Below are positions 38,960-49,672 of a stretch of 64,000 bases of DNA, one piece after another. Position 1 is the first letter of the stretch. The number at the start of each line of letters is the position of its first letter. The DNA is from Candidatus Helarchaeota archaeon (GTDB lineage: Archaea > Asgardarchaeota > Lokiarchaeia > Helarchaeales > RDOG01). The stretch is taken from positions 695,536 to 759,535 of the forward strand of contig JAHPZH010000001.1 in NCBI GenBank assembly GCA_019058315.1. The letters are read 5' to 3'. The notes under the pieces were generated by a model that saw only the letters and a list, made by a program, of their open reading frames with translations, did not search any database and had not been told where the DNA came from. The position numbers were made by a program, and so were the translations under genes.

Positions 38960-41086
38960 ATGTCATTTAAAAAAAATTTGGAAGATACAAATAAATTATC
39001 CAAAAAACAAATGCATAGTAAAGCAGAAATTAAAGATGCTATGGAGACTTTAAGACAAGAAATAAAAGAAAATGTAAAAACTTTGACTCAGTTTCAAACT
39101 GATTTAAAAAAATATTTTCTTCGAAACTTTAGGGACCATTTATCCACAAAAGATTACATTAATTCTTATTCAGAATTTATTGAAAAAGCTGATTCTACTC
39201 TAAGTTATAATATTTCAAAAATATCTGATTTTATCCAAGAGGAAAAAAATAAAAGATCAATTTTAAAATATAAGACATTTTGGGCGAAAAATCGGAAAAA
39301 AGGTTTGGATATACTTCATATTTACCAAAGTAGACTTAATAAACGAATTGAATTTGAAGAATTTATTAATGAAAGGATGTCTGAATTACAAAACTTTACT
39401 GATGAATTAAATAATCAAATAATTAATATGATTAATGAAGATAATTTGAAAGGAGCGGTTCATTTATTAAATGATTCAATTAAGCAATATGATCAAATTG
39501 TTTTAAAACATAATGTTGAATTTAAGGAGTTTAAAAGTGTAATTAATAGGGAAATGGCTGATGCGATTAAATTCTTTATTGATTTAAAAACATCTTGGAT
39601 TAATAAAAATAATGAAGAAAAGATAAGATGGAGAAATTTTGTTATAGAAACAAGAAAAAAACTATCAACTACAAAAGAATCTGTATGGAAAGACGAATTG
39701 GAAGAAAAAATAGGAACTTATATTGACAATCTAGACAATTCCATTGATGATATGAAAGAAGAAATATCTAGATCAATGGAAACTGAAGATCCTATTAAAC
39801 TTGTAATGGATTTAAAAAACCAATGTGCCACAATTAATCAATCTATAAATAACTATCATAATGATATTAAAGTTTCTATTAGAAGTTCTATTAAGGACTT
39901 TAAAACCTCTCGTGAATCAATAAAAGATCAGATTGAACACTGGCAGAATGAAAAGAAAAGAATTACGAATTATCTAAATGAAATTAAAAATGAATTGAAA
40001 GATGAAATTGATAATATAGGTATAGATGTTAAAACTGAAGAATTACAAAAATTAATTAAAATGCAATTAGATGAATGGAAAAATAAAGTTAAGGAATTTA
40101 TATCAAATTATAATGACTTTGTTGATACTGGAGAATCATTAATTAGTTATGAACCTAAATTCGAAGCAGAAAAAACTCAAATTAAAAAATCTTTCAAATC
40201 ATCAGCATTATTGAAAGCATTTTTAAAAGATACATCCCGTGTTTATTCATCTTTTAATAAAATAGTGGATACTGATATTCAAGCTTATAAAAATTCAAGA
40301 AGTGTAATAGAGCATAACTTTGAATTAATAACTAATAAAATTAAAGAAGAAATTCTCATTCAGAGAATACAAGCGATAGTAAATGTTATAAAAGATAATA
40401 AAGTGGGAATAAGTTATTTAGCAAAAGCATTACGAGTTGATGCAAAAGCATTAAAAAGAAAAATTATTAGCCTTTTAGCAGAATTCAAATTAATAGGGGA
40501 ATTAGATCCCGTTTCTGGAATGTTCATTTTAAAAGAAAAAAAATTGCCTAATAAACTCGAAATCGATGAAGAATTAGAAGAGGAGCAAATTTTAGAAGAA
40601 GAAGAGGAAGAAGAAGAGGAAGTAGAAGAAAAAGTCGAAGAAAAAATAGAAGAAAAAGTAGAAAAAGAAGAAGATCTCATCAAAAAGGACATCTTAAGAA
40701 TTCGATATCTAATGGCAATACATAAATCAGTAGGTGCATCTGTATATAATAGAAAACTGGGGGATTGGAAACTTGATCCTGATTTAATAGGTGGCTTTTT
40801 AACTGCTATCCAAAGTTTGAGTACGGAAATTAAGCAAAAAGAAATTCCTATAAAACGAATGGAGTATAAAGAATTTGAAATACTAATTGAACCTGGTGAA
40901 TATGTTTTTGTCGCTTTATTTATTGATGGAAAGGAAACCGATTGGATTCGTGAAAAGCTTAAATTATATGTACAGGAATTTGAAAGTACATTTGAAGAAA
41001 AATTGAAAAATTGGTTGGGTGAATTGAGTGCTTTTGAAAAATCAGGACTTTTAGTTGATAAAATATTTGAATTATACCGTGTATGA
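38960..41086 (+). CDS. Paralogue lacking the N-terminal toroid: helical rod + PCI-like WH + acidic linker + longin-like domain
   Basis: Aligns with the C-terminal ~60% of the upstream gene (KNFTDH vs RNFRDH; ISYLAKAL..LIGELDP). The longin domain is ~70% identical by hand count. Confidence 0.7.
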   Translation: MSFKKNLEDTNKLSKKQMHSKAEIKDAMETLRQEIKENVKTLTQFQTDLKKYFLRNFRDHLSTKDYINSYSEFIEKADSTLSYNISKISDFIQEEKNKRSILKYKTFWAKNRKKGLDILHIYQSRLNKRIEFEEFINERMSELQNFTDELNNQIINMINEDNLKGAVHLLNDSIKQYDQIVLKHNVEFKEFKSVINREMADAIKFFIDLKTSWINKNNEEKIRWRNFVIETRKKLSTTKESVWKDELEEKIGTYIDNLDNSIDDMKEEISRSMETEDPIKLVMDLKNQCATINQSINNYHNDIKVSIRSSIKDFKTSRESIKDQIEHWQNEKKRITNYLNEIKNELKDEIDNIGIDVKTEELQKLIKMQLDEWKNKVKEFISNYNDFVDTGESLISYEPKFEAEKTQIKKSFKSSALLKAFLKDTSRVYSSFNKIVDTDIQAYKNSRSVIEHNFELITNKIKEEILIQRIQAIVNVIKDNKVGISYLAKALRVDAKALKRKIISLLAEFKLIGELDPVSGMFILKEKKLPNKLEIDEELEEEQILEEEEEEEEEVEEKVEEKIEEKVEKEEDLIKKDILRIRYLMAIHKSVGASVYNRKLGDWKLDPDLIGGFLTAIQSLSTEIKQKEIPIKRMEYKEFEILIEPGEYVFVALFIDGKETDWIREKLKLYVQEFESTFEEKLKNWLGELSAFEKSGLLVDKIFELYRV
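40564..40676 (+). repeat. Poly-Glu low-complexity tract with 12-nt tandem units (VEEK)n
   Basis: GTAGAAGAAAAA GTCGAAGAAAAA ATAGAAGAAAAA GTAGAAAAAGAA at 40622-40669, preceded by a GAA/GAG run. Confidence 0.8.
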
Positions 41087-41099
41087 GATTTTAAATTCT

Positions 41100-42011
41100 T
41101 TAATGATTCTTAATAAATTTATTTAATATTTTTTTAGTGGGTAATCCTTCTCTTGCTCCAATATGTTGTATTTTAATTGCAGCTGTTGCGTTACCCATTT
41201 TTCCACAATTTTCTAAATTTTGATTGTTTAAAATACCTGTAATAAATCCTGCTGAAAATGCATCACCTGCACCTGTTGTATCTAATGGTTTAACCTTATA
41301 AGGTGGAATTTTAAATTTATTTTTTTTATCTGATATGAGAGATCCATTAGATCCGAGAGTTATCGCAGCAATTTTAGGACCAATGTCAAATAGCATCTCT
41401 AAGGCATCCTCTAAAGAATGAACCTCCATTATTTTAATAAGTTCATCTTGTGGAGAAATATAAATGTCTGTTAAAGAAATTAAGTGTTCAATCTCTTTTA
41501 ATCCTTGATCTGCTATCAAAGCACCGGGATTTAGACTTACTTGGGTTGGAAAATTTTTAACAATTTCAGCAGCTTTCTCTAATGGGGCGATATTTTTTAA
41601 ACTTGCTAAATGTATTATTTTCGATGAAATAATAATTTCTCTTTTGATATCTTTAGGTTCTAAAATATTTGCTGCTCCGCTAAAAGCATATAATTTACGA
41701 TCTGCCCCACTTACCGCTGCATAACATACACCTGTGCCAATCTCATCCGAAAAAACAATACCCTCTATATTAACTTGTTCATTTTTAAAATCTTGAATCA
41801 ACTTTTCTCCGAAAGCATCTCGACCTAATTTGCCGATGAATGCGGACTTTAAACCCAATTTAGCACATGCAACCGCAAAATTTGCAGCTGATCCCCCACT
41901 TTTTACTTGTAATTTAGGTACATAAACCTCGTCATCAATTTCAGGAAAGCGATCTACAACCGCAACCAAATCGACTAATGCTGCACCAATTGCAGTAACA
42001 TCGATTTTCAT
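41100..42011 (-). CDS. PfkB-family carbohydrate/nucleoside kinase
   Basis: GGSAANFAVA, FIGKLGRDAFG, DTTGAGDAFSAG. ATG 42011 overlaps the upstream stop (ATGA). Confidence 0.88.
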   Translation of the reverse strand: MKIDVTAIGAALVDLVAVVDRFPEIDDEVYVPKLQVKSGGSAANFAVACAKLGLKSAFIGKLGRDAFGEKLIQDFKNEQVNIEGIVFSDEIGTGVCYAAVSGADRKLYAFSGAANILEPKDIKREIIISSKIIHLASLKNIAPLEKAAEIVKNFPTQVSLNPGALIADQGLKEIEHLISLTDIYISPQDELIKIMEVHSLEDALEMLFDIGPKIAAITLGSNGSLISDKKNKFKIPPYKVKPLDTTGAGDAFSAGFITGILNNQNLENCGKMGNATAAIKIQHIGAREGLPTKKILNKFIKNH

Positions 42012-43099
42012 CCTAAAGAACCTACCCAACCTCTAACTTTTTTTCTCATTAATTTCTGAGCTTTAATAATATCTTCTTTTTCTTTCGAAGATAATTTCTC
42101 TAAATTATTTATTATTGGCACAAAATTATTTTTTATGAAATACTCCCTACTATCTGAATCTACTAAATCTTTTGGAATCTTTTTAGGATCGTTTTTAAAT
42201 TCTGGATATTTTTGTTCCCATTTCTCAATGAATTCCCAAATATCTGGATATGCATTAAATATTACTAATATTCCAACTGAATCTGGTGAAGTAACAGCAA
42301 TATTTGCATAGGGAACGGAATATTCATTACCATTCCAAGATATTGCAAAAGCTCCCTCTCTTCCTGCTCGATCAAGCATATTTTTATCCGTTATACTATC
42401 CCCAGTAACTATCATCTCTGATATAGGATAATTAGTTTTTTTCGATATCTCTTCTAATGCCTTTTCTTTGCGCTTTCCTCCTCTCACAATTACTTTATTC
42501 ATAACTTTTATATAATCACTTTCTTGATTTTTCCAAAAATAGTTGTTTAAATCATCTATAACTGTCTCAAGTTGAAGATTTTTCTTCAAATATTTGGTAA
42601 AAATATCATCAATTAAGTTATTAATACTTTCATTAATGTCTTTTATTTGATTTTTTAATTCCTCTACATTCAAATTAGTACAATAAATATGATCTTGCTC
42701 AATACCTAATAAATTTCCAATATTATGTGCATGTTGTGTGTAGCTTGTAGAAATTACATAAACATCCCAGTAATTTTTTTTGATGCTTGATATAGTCTTT
42801 TTAATCCCCCGATTTAAACCTGGTCTATTTTTAGAGATTTCTATTAATTCGTCGTTATTAAAATACCAAATATAAAACGGGGCCAATAATCTTAAAGTGT
42901 CGCCCGGTTCATAACTTTCAATACCTAATTCTTTAACTATTTCTGGATAATCAATTAAATAATCGTCATAATTACTGAGCATATTAAAGAAGTCGCCTAA
43001 TCTCTCCCTCTTTAGTTTAGGTTCTAATAATTTACAAATTTCAGCTGCAAAATCGACATGACTTAAGGGACCTTCAAGATCCCATGCACATACTTTCAA
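42008..43099 (-). CDS. Archaeal HAD-superfamily phosphohydrolase (COG4030/EhaR-like)
   Basis: WDLEGPLS, YDDYL, YEPGDTLRLLAPF, ISTSY, GDSITD, NGNEYS. Confidence 0.75.
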   Translation of the reverse strand: MKVCAWDLEGPLSHVDFAAEICKLLEPKLKRERLGDFFNMLSNYDDYLIDYPEIVKELGIESYEPGDTLRLLAPFYIWYFNNDELIEISKNRPGLNRGIKKTISSIKKNYWDVYVISTSYTQHAHNIGNLLGIEQDHIYCTNLNVEELKNQIKDINESINNLIDDIFTKYLKKNLQLETVIDDLNNYFWKNQESDYIKVMNKVIVRGGKRKEKALEEISKKTNYPISEMIVTGDSITDKNMLDRAGREGAFAISWNGNEYSVPYANIAVTSPDSVGILVIFNAYPDIWEFIEKWEQKYPEFKNDPKKIPKDLVDSDSREYFIKNNFVPIINNLEKLSSKEKEDIIKAQKLMRKKVRGWVGSLG

Positions 43100-43121
43100 T
43101 TTTTATTTTTCTCCATAAATC

Positions 43122-44303
43122 TTATTCTTCTTTTCTAGGAGGTATTTTAAAAACTTTTCTTAAATACTTCAAATACTCCTTATCCTTGCACATTTGCTTA
43201 CCAGGACTATCGGATATTTTTGCCACAGGAAATCCATTGCATTGGGTCATTTTGATTACAATTTGTAAAGCTTTAGGACCCAAATCATTTGTTAAATTCG
43301 TTCCTATCCCAAATGAAATTCTTATTTTTCCATTATATTTTTCAGCTATCTTTATTGCTTTAGGAACTGTTAATCCATCACTAAAGACTGCCATTTTGGT
43401 TTTTGCGTCAATTCCAAGACGCGCATAAAGCTTTATTAATTTTTCACACCACTCATAAGGGTCTCCGCTATCATGTCGACATCCGTCATATAATTTTGCA
43501 AAATAAGAATCGAAATCTCTGAAAAAAGCGTCCATGCCTAATGTATCAGATAGAGCAATTCCCAATTCGCCTCTATATTCATCAGCCCAACTCTGTAATG
43601 CAAATTTTTGGCTATCTATCAACCGTGGACCTAAGGCTTGAGCAGCTTGTAAAAATTCATGCGCCATCGTTCCAATTGGTCGTAAATTAAATTTTTTAGC
43701 AAAATAAACATTACTAGTTCCTACAAATTTATCTGAAGGTAGTTCCTTACTCAATTTGTCAATTAAATGTTCATGCCATTCCCTTGAAAATCGTCTCCTA
43801 GTGCCGAATTCGATTAATTTAAACTCATAATCAGTTATATCTTGAATTAATTTAATTTTAGTATTAATTCTTTTGTCTCCCTCTTGCCATAATTTTTTCT
43901 TATCATGTTTTTGGTTTCTAAAATAGGTTTCATTTACAATGGCAAGGATAGGAACTTCGAAATAAATCGTAGTCAACCAAGGTCCAAATATTTTCAATTC
44001 AAAACCATTTTTTGTATCAATTTGAACTTCAGAACGGTTAAGTTGTAAAAGTCTTAAGAATTCTAAATATGTATCTTTAAAATATCCTAATTTTTTTAAA
44101 TAATCGAGTTCATCTGCATTTAGTCTTAATTTACATAAATTGTCGATTTCTTTTGATATTTCATCAGAATATGGAGTTAAATCAATACCTTTGGTTCGAT
44201 TTTTAAAAGTATATTCTACAATAGCTTGAGGAAATTGGTGAAAGACCACTTGACCCATCGTTAATTTGTATAAATCTGTATCTAACAAGCTTTCTATTAT
44301 CAA
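43122..44303 (-). CDS. pncB: Nicotinate phosphoribosyltransferase
   Basis: SLLDTDLYKLTM, EFGTRRRFS, GTSNV, GTMAHE, RHDSGDP, FSDGL, FGIGTNLTND, KISDSPGK. Confidence 0.93.
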   Translation of the reverse strand: MIIESLLDTDLYKLTMGQVVFHQFPQAIVEYTFKNRTKGIDLTPYSDEISKEIDNLCKLRLNADELDYLKKLGYFKDTYLEFLRLLQLNRSEVQIDTKNGFELKIFGPWLTTIYFEVPILAIVNETYFRNQKHDKKKLWQEGDKRINTKIKLIQDITDYEFKLIEFGTRRRFSREWHEHLIDKLSKELPSDKFVGTSNVYFAKKFNLRPIGTMAHEFLQAAQALGPRLIDSQKFALQSWADEYRGELGIALSDTLGMDAFFRDFDSYFAKLYDGCRHDSGDPYEWCEKLIKLYARLGIDAKTKMAVFSDGLTVPKAIKIAEKYNGKIRISFGIGTNLTNDLGPKALQIVIKMTQCNGFPVAKISDSPGKQMCKDKEYLKYLRKVFKIPPRKEE

Positions 44304-44328
44304 TTCTTAATCCTCTAATGAAAAAGTA

Positions 44329-45657
44329 TTATTTACCAAGAACTTTTTTCATATGAGCAATTCGTAAATTCAATAAATCTAAGGTTCCAACATCACTTCT
44401 ATGATACAATTCTCCTTTTATGTATTTAATTGATTTTTCGGCAATACGTTCAGCGATTTCAATTTTATCAGCTATACCAAGAACTCCGATGCTTCTAGAT
44501 TTAGTCGTTGTTATTTTCCCATTCTCCTTATTAACGGAGGCATAATATAGTCTTGCACCTTCTTTTTGTACTGCTTTTTCATCAACAATAACTTCTGTTG
44601 GTTTAGCATCAACTGGATAACCTTTGGGTGCTAGATATTTACAGACTGTAGCTTTATTTTCAAATTTTATCTTTAATGTATTTAATTTTCCATCAATAAT
44701 CCTTTCACAAATCTCCACAAAATCATTCTTTAGTATCGGTAGCACATTCATAGCTTCTGGATCTCCAAATCGAACATTATATTCAACTAATTTAGGTCCA
44801 TCTCGAGTTAACATAAATTGACCATATAATATTCCTTTATATTCTTGACCAGTTTCTTTTTTAACACAATCTACTGTTTTTTCCATTATTTGAATTGATT
44901 CTTTAATGGTTTTATCATCCACAAATGGTAATTTATGATCGGAGCAAGAATATGAACCCATACCTCCAGTATTGGGACCTTCATCACCATTTAGTAGTCT
45001 TTTATGATCTTGAACAAGCGGAGAACCTACTAAATGTGAGCCAGTGCCATCAATAAAAGCTTGAAGTGTAAATTCTTCACCTATCAATTTTTCTTCCATT
45101 ATTACTCTACTGCCACTTTTTATCAATTCTTGACAATAATCAAGAACTTCTTTATCATTCATTAAATGGTCTCCTGTAACCTTAACTCCCTTTCCACCAG
45201 TTAGACCATCAGGTTTAACAGCAACTTCATTATTTTGATTTAGAAATTTCTTTATCTCTTCCATATCTGAAGAAATAATATGCTCAGGATTACCCGGAAT
45301 TTTATATTTTGTCATTAAATCTCTACAAAAAGCTTTACTAATTTCTAATTTTGCTGGTTCTTTTTTAGGACCGACAGAAGGAACTCCCAATTTTACCAAT
45401 TCATCCGCAATACCATCTCCTAGTGGTGATTCCGGACCTATAACTGCAAAATTTAGATTTAAACCTTGCACAAATTTTTGTAATTTTTCAAAATCATTTA
45501 ATTTACCCAGTAGTATTTTAGCACTAAGGGCATCAATGCCAGGATTTTTTGAACTCATAAAACTAAATAACTCTATATCACTTTTTTTCAAGGATTCAGC
45601 TATAACATGTTCTCTAGCTCCATGTCCTACAAGAAGAATTCGAGTTTTATCACCCAT
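44329..45657 (-). CDS. purD: Phosphoribosylamine-glycine ligase
   Basis: GHGAREH, IGPE, KPDGLTGGKGV, QDHKR, GPNTGGMG, EYNVRFGDPE. AGGTGA RBS before ATG 45657. Confidence 0.95.
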   Translation of the reverse strand: MGDKTRILLVGHGAREHVIAESLKKSDIELFSFMSSKNPGIDALSAKILLGKLNDFEKLQKFVQGLNLNFAVIGPESPLGDGIADELVKLGVPSVGPKKEPAKLEISKAFCRDLMTKYKIPGNPEHIISSDMEEIKKFLNQNNEVAVKPDGLTGGKGVKVTGDHLMNDKEVLDYCQELIKSGSRVIMEEKLIGEEFTLQAFIDGTGSHLVGSPLVQDHKRLLNGDEGPNTGGMGSYSCSDHKLPFVDDKTIKESIQIMEKTVDCVKKETGQEYKGILYGQFMLTRDGPKLVEYNVRFGDPEAMNVLPILKNDFVEICERIIDGKLNTLKIKFENKATVCKYLAPKGYPVDAKPTEVIVDEKAVQKEGARLYYASVNKENGKITTTKSRSIGVLGIADKIEIAERIAEKSIKYIKGELYHRSDVGTLDLLNLRIAHMKKVLGK

Positions 45658-45889
45658 TTTTGTCACCTTTTTTTAAAAAAGTTCATTTAAAAGTTTAAAT
45701 TAATTTAAATAATCCAAAATATTAATTTTTGTTTCGTAACTCATTTATTTAATCAAAAATTTCTTTCAATTAATGAATTATAAATAAGTAAAATAATCAA
45801 TTAGATAAAATCCCTAAAATTTGCATTGAATATTTTGAAATTTTAAAATATTTTTAAAAAATATCAAGTAAATTGAATAAATAATGTAA

Positions 45890-47347
45890 TTAAATGAGTG
45901 CGTGTTGATTGTGTAACTCTTTTTCTAACTCTTTTAAGTCAATTGAACCTCTTAACTTATATTTCCCCGTTAAACAAGCAGTACATAATTCTGCTTCGGG
46001 TAAATCAAGTGCTTCTAATAGTCCATTAAGGGTTTGATATTGCAAAGTATCTGCATCAATAAATTTCCTAATTTCTTCAATAGTCTTTGAAGGTGCTATT
46101 AATTCAGAAGTAGTAGGAAAATCTATACCCATATAACAAGAATTAATTATAGGTGGGCATGAAATCCGAACGTGAACTTTATTTGCACCAAAATTCTTTA
46201 ACATTCTAACAATTCTTTTAGTAGTGGTTCCTCTAACAATGGAATCATCAACTAATATGAGATCTTTTCCTTCTATTAAGCTTTTAATGGGATTTAATTT
46301 ATATCTAACAGCGAGATCTCTATAATTCTGTCCTGGCATAATAAATGTTCTGTGAATATAACGATTTTTAATTAGTCCCTCTCTAAGAGGAATTCCCGAC
46401 TCAAGAGAAAATCCCGAAGCTGCAGTACGTCCAGAGTCTGGAACCGGCACCACAACATCTGCATCAACTGGAAAATCTCTTGCTAGAATCTTTCCTAATT
46501 TTTCTCTTACTTCATAAACCGTTTTACCATAAAATATTGAATCTGGTCTTGCGAAATAAACGAATTCAAACATACAAAATGCATGAGTTGGTAGTTTATA
46601 CACTTGTTTTGATGAAATTCCTGTATCATCAATTTTTATTATTTCTCCAGGTTCAAGATTTCTAATAAAATCACCTTCTAAAGTATCAATTGCTATACTT
46701 TCAGATGCTATTACTTCTAAATCCTGATCTGGAACTCTACCTAAAGCTAATGGTTTGAATCCTAATGGATCCCTAAGTCCATATAATTCTTTTTTTTCAT
46801 TTAGTATAACTAAAGAGTAAGAACCATCCAACTCTTGCATTGATAATTCTAATGCTTTAAGGAAATCATTATTGGTTTCTAATAAATTTTTTGCGATAAT
46901 ATGTGCAATTACTTCTGTATCGGTAGAAGTTGAAAAAACATGACCCTTTTCTCGATATTTCTTCTTTAATCGAATAAAATTAGTAAGAGTACCATTAAAT
47001 GCTAAACAAAAACTATTTCCATTTGAATGTGATTCAAATAAAAAGGGTTGTGCACAATCTAAAGAACTAGCTCCCACTGTTCCATACCTAACATGTCCAA
47101 TAGCGACCGAACCAAACAAACCCATTAAAATTCTCTCAGAAAAAACTTGATTTACTAATCCTATTTCTTTATAACCAGTGATCCTATTTGCTACATTAGT
47201 AAATATTCCTGCAGATTCTTGTCCTCTATGTTGAAGGGCTAATAATCCATCATAAACCTGCTTTGATACATGATGACTTGGGATATTTGAATAAATCCCA
47301 ATAACTCCACAGGATTCTCGAGGTTTATCAAAATAGGTTCCTTTCAA
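45890..47347 (-). CDS. purF: Amidophosphoribosyltransferase
   Basis: Propeptide then ESCGVIG, LQHRGQESAG, GHVRY, CMFEFVYFARPDS, VDDSIVRGTT, CTACLTG. Confidence 0.95.
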   Translation of the reverse strand: MKGTYFDKPRESCGVIGIYSNIPSHHVSKQVYDGLLALQHRGQESAGIFTNVANRITGYKEIGLVNQVFSERILMGLFGSVAIGHVRYGTVGASSLDCAQPFLFESHSNGNSFCLAFNGTLTNFIRLKKKYREKGHVFSTSTDTEVIAHIIAKNLLETNNDFLKALELSMQELDGSYSLVILNEKKELYGLRDPLGFKPLALGRVPDQDLEVIASESIAIDTLEGDFIRNLEPGEIIKIDDTGISSKQVYKLPTHAFCMFEFVYFARPDSIFYGKTVYEVREKLGKILARDFPVDADVVVPVPDSGRTAASGFSLESGIPLREGLIKNRYIHRTFIMPGQNYRDLAVRYKLNPIKSLIEGKDLILVDDSIVRGTTTKRIVRMLKNFGANKVHVRISCPPIINSCYMGIDFPTTSELIAPSKTIEEIRKFIDADTLQYQTLNGLLEALDLPEAELCTACLTGKYKLRGSIDLKELEKELHNQHALI

Positions 47348-47349
47348 AA

Positions 47350-49560
47350 TTATTCAACCCCCATAAGGTTTGGAATTGTTTTGATCCATTTTTTAATCAT
47401 TATATCTAAATTTAATACAATTTTATCTTGATCTGATTTAAAAATTAAGCTATTATTGTTAGTTACCTTACCAATCACATTAGAGACAACTTTATTTTCA
47501 TTAAAAATTTTCAGAACTTTATCTAGATTTTCTGGTTTTAAAGTTAGAATAAACCTTCCTTGTGATTCTGAAAATAATAATTCATCCAATCCTAGATTTG
47601 AAGCTGGAACGTCATTTAAATTGATTTCAGCGCCATAGTTTCCTTTAATTGACATTTCAGCTATTGTGATTGCTAAACCACCTTTAGAACAATCATGGGC
47701 GGCTGTAATAAGGTCCTCAGATATAGCTTTCAAAACTACATTTAACACTTTTTTTTCATTCTCTATATTTATTTTAGGCGCAATGCCCCCACTAATTCCG
47801 TGAATAAAATAATAATATTCTGATCCTCCTAATTCATCAAATGTTTCCCCTACAATTAAAATAATATCATTAGCATTCTTAAGAGCAAGAGTTGTATGAT
47901 TATCTAAATTCTCCATTAATCCTGCAATAACTATAACAGGTGAAGGTTTTACAGCAGTATTTGTAACTTTATCTTCATTATAAAAACTTACATTTCCTCC
48001 AATACAAGGTATATTCAATCCTTTGCACATATCAGTCATACCACGTACTGTTTCTTTGAATGTCCAAAATACTTCGGGTTTTTCTGGATCTCCAAAATTT
48101 AAACAATTAACCATAGCAATTGGTTCTGCACCCACTGCTACAACGTTTCGACAAGCTTCAGCAAATTGTCCTGCAGCCCCATTATAAGGATCAAGGTAAC
48201 AATGTTTTGAATTCCCATCAGATGCTATTGCAATTGCCTTATTAGTGTTTAATATCCTTAATACTGCAGCATCACCTTGTCCAGGTTTAACTACTGATCG
48301 ATCTCCTACTTCATGATCATATTGCTGATAAACCCATTCCTTACTCGCAATGTTTGGTGAACTTAATAATTGATAAATTGTTTCTGCAAGATCCTCTGGA
48401 ATCGAAGGTTTTTCAATTTTCTTTAATTCTTCAATATATTTTGGTTTTTTCGCTTCTCGATCCACTGTTGGAGAATCTGCTAATAATGTTGCTGGAACAC
48501 GACCAATTATATTCCCCTCTTTTTTGACTATTACTTCATCCCCTTTAACAACTCTTCCAACTATGGCATATGGTAAATCATATTTTTCAAAAATCTTGAT
48601 AATATCTTCAACATGTTCAGGTGAAACAACAAACATCATTCTTTCTTGTGATTCTGATAGCATAATTTCATAAGGAATCATTTTGGGTTCTCTAAGGAAA
48701 ATTTTATCAATATCAACTTCAACAGCGGTACCTCCACCTTCTGCAAGTTCAGAAGTAACGCAAGTCAATCCACCGCCACCTAAATCTTTAAGTCCATTAA
48801 CAAATCCTGTGCTTAGAGCCTCCAAAGTTGCATCTATGATTAATTTTTTAGTGAATGGATCACCAATTTGAACCGCTGGTCTGTCCTCTTCTGATTCTTC
48901 AGTTAATAAACGAGAAGCAAATGTCACTCCACCTAATCCATCACGTCCTGTAGATCCTCCCATTAAAATAAGAATATCTCCGGGGTTAGATGCTAGACTT
49001 GGAGAAATTTCTTCTTTTTTTGCTATACCAAGACAACCAACATTCACTAAACAATTTGCTTCAAAACTTTCATCGAATTCTACTTCACCACCGATAGTAG
49101 GAACTCCAATACAATTTCCATAATCTGCTATACCTTTCACTACATATTGAAAAAGCCATCTAGAATGAGCACTGTTAATATTTCCAAAGCGAAGAGGATC
49201 TAGTAATCCAATTGGTCTTGCACCCATACATAAAATATCCCGGATAATCCCCCCAATTCCAGTTGCTGCTCCGTTATATGGTTCAATTGCTGATGGATGA
49301 TTATGAGATTCTATTTTAAAAACCAAAGCTAAATCGTCTCCTATATCTACTACACCTGCGTCTTGACCCGGACCAACCAAAACTCGAGGTCCAGTTGTAG
49401 GAAGCATTTTTAAAATTGGACGCGAACTTTTATAGGAGCAATGCTCTGACCACATCACGTCGATCATGCCGATTTCTGTCATATTCGGAGTTCTCTTCAT
49501 CATCTTCTTAATCATATCAACCTCAGCGGGTTTTAAATCGACGTTAACTCCGCTAACCAT
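47350..49560 (-). CDS. purL: FGAM synthase subunit PurL (small type)
   Basis: MWSEHCSYKSS, ESHNHPS, GAATGIGGIIRD, DLGGGG, SESQERM, QYDH, GGNVSFYN. Alternative GTG start at 49572. Confidence 0.95.
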   Translation of the reverse strand: MVSGVNVDLKPAEVDMIKKMMKRTPNMTEIGMIDVMWSEHCSYKSSRPILKMLPTTGPRVLVGPGQDAGVVDIGDDLALVFKIESHNHPSAIEPYNGAATGIGGIIRDILCMGARPIGLLDPLRFGNINSAHSRWLFQYVVKGIADYGNCIGVPTIGGEVEFDESFEANCLVNVGCLGIAKKEEISPSLASNPGDILILMGGSTGRDGLGGVTFASRLLTEESEEDRPAVQIGDPFTKKLIIDATLEALSTGFVNGLKDLGGGGLTCVTSELAEGGGTAVEVDIDKIFLREPKMIPYEIMLSESQERMMFVVSPEHVEDIIKIFEKYDLPYAIVGRVVKGDEVIVKKEGNIIGRVPATLLADSPTVDREAKKPKYIEELKKIEKPSIPEDLAETIYQLLSSPNIASKEWVYQQYDHEVGDRSVVKPGQGDAAVLRILNTNKAIAIASDGNSKHCYLDPYNGAAGQFAEACRNVVAVGAEPIAMVNCLNFGDPEKPEVFWTFKETVRGMTDMCKGLNIPCIGGNVSFYNEDKVTNTAVKPSPVIVIAGLMENLDNHTTLALKNANDIILIVGETFDELGGSEYYYFIHGISGGIAPKINIENEKKVLNVVLKAISEDLITAAHDCSKGGLAITIAEMSIKGNYGAEINLNDVPASNLGLDELLFSESQGRFILTLKPENLDKVLKIFNENKVVSNVIGKVTNNNSLIFKSDQDKIVLNLDIMIKKWIKTIPNLMGVE

Positions 49561-49632
49561 CAATATATTCACTATCCAAATATTTGGATTTTACACAAGT
49601 ACTTAAATTTTATAAGTTATAAAAGTACACCT

Positions 49633-49672
49633 TTGACATTTTCATGTCAATCGACAAAAATTAACTGTCGAT
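49633..49672. promoter_or_regulatory. Two adjacent palindromes upstream of purL (TTGACAT-N4-ATGTCAA; ATCGACA-N9-TGTCGAT), next to a TATA-like element
   Basis: Arms at 49633-39/49644-50 and 49650-56/49666-72. TTTATAA on the minus strand at ~49617-49623. Confidence 0.45.

Noticed and set aside
43084-43428. Short opposite-strand or alternate-frame ORFs of 60-120 aa throughout the window (e.g. 43084..43428, 50726..51037, 36575..36877, 63526..63879)
   Set aside because: They overlap well-supported genes and have Ser/Phe/Ile-rich antisense composition.
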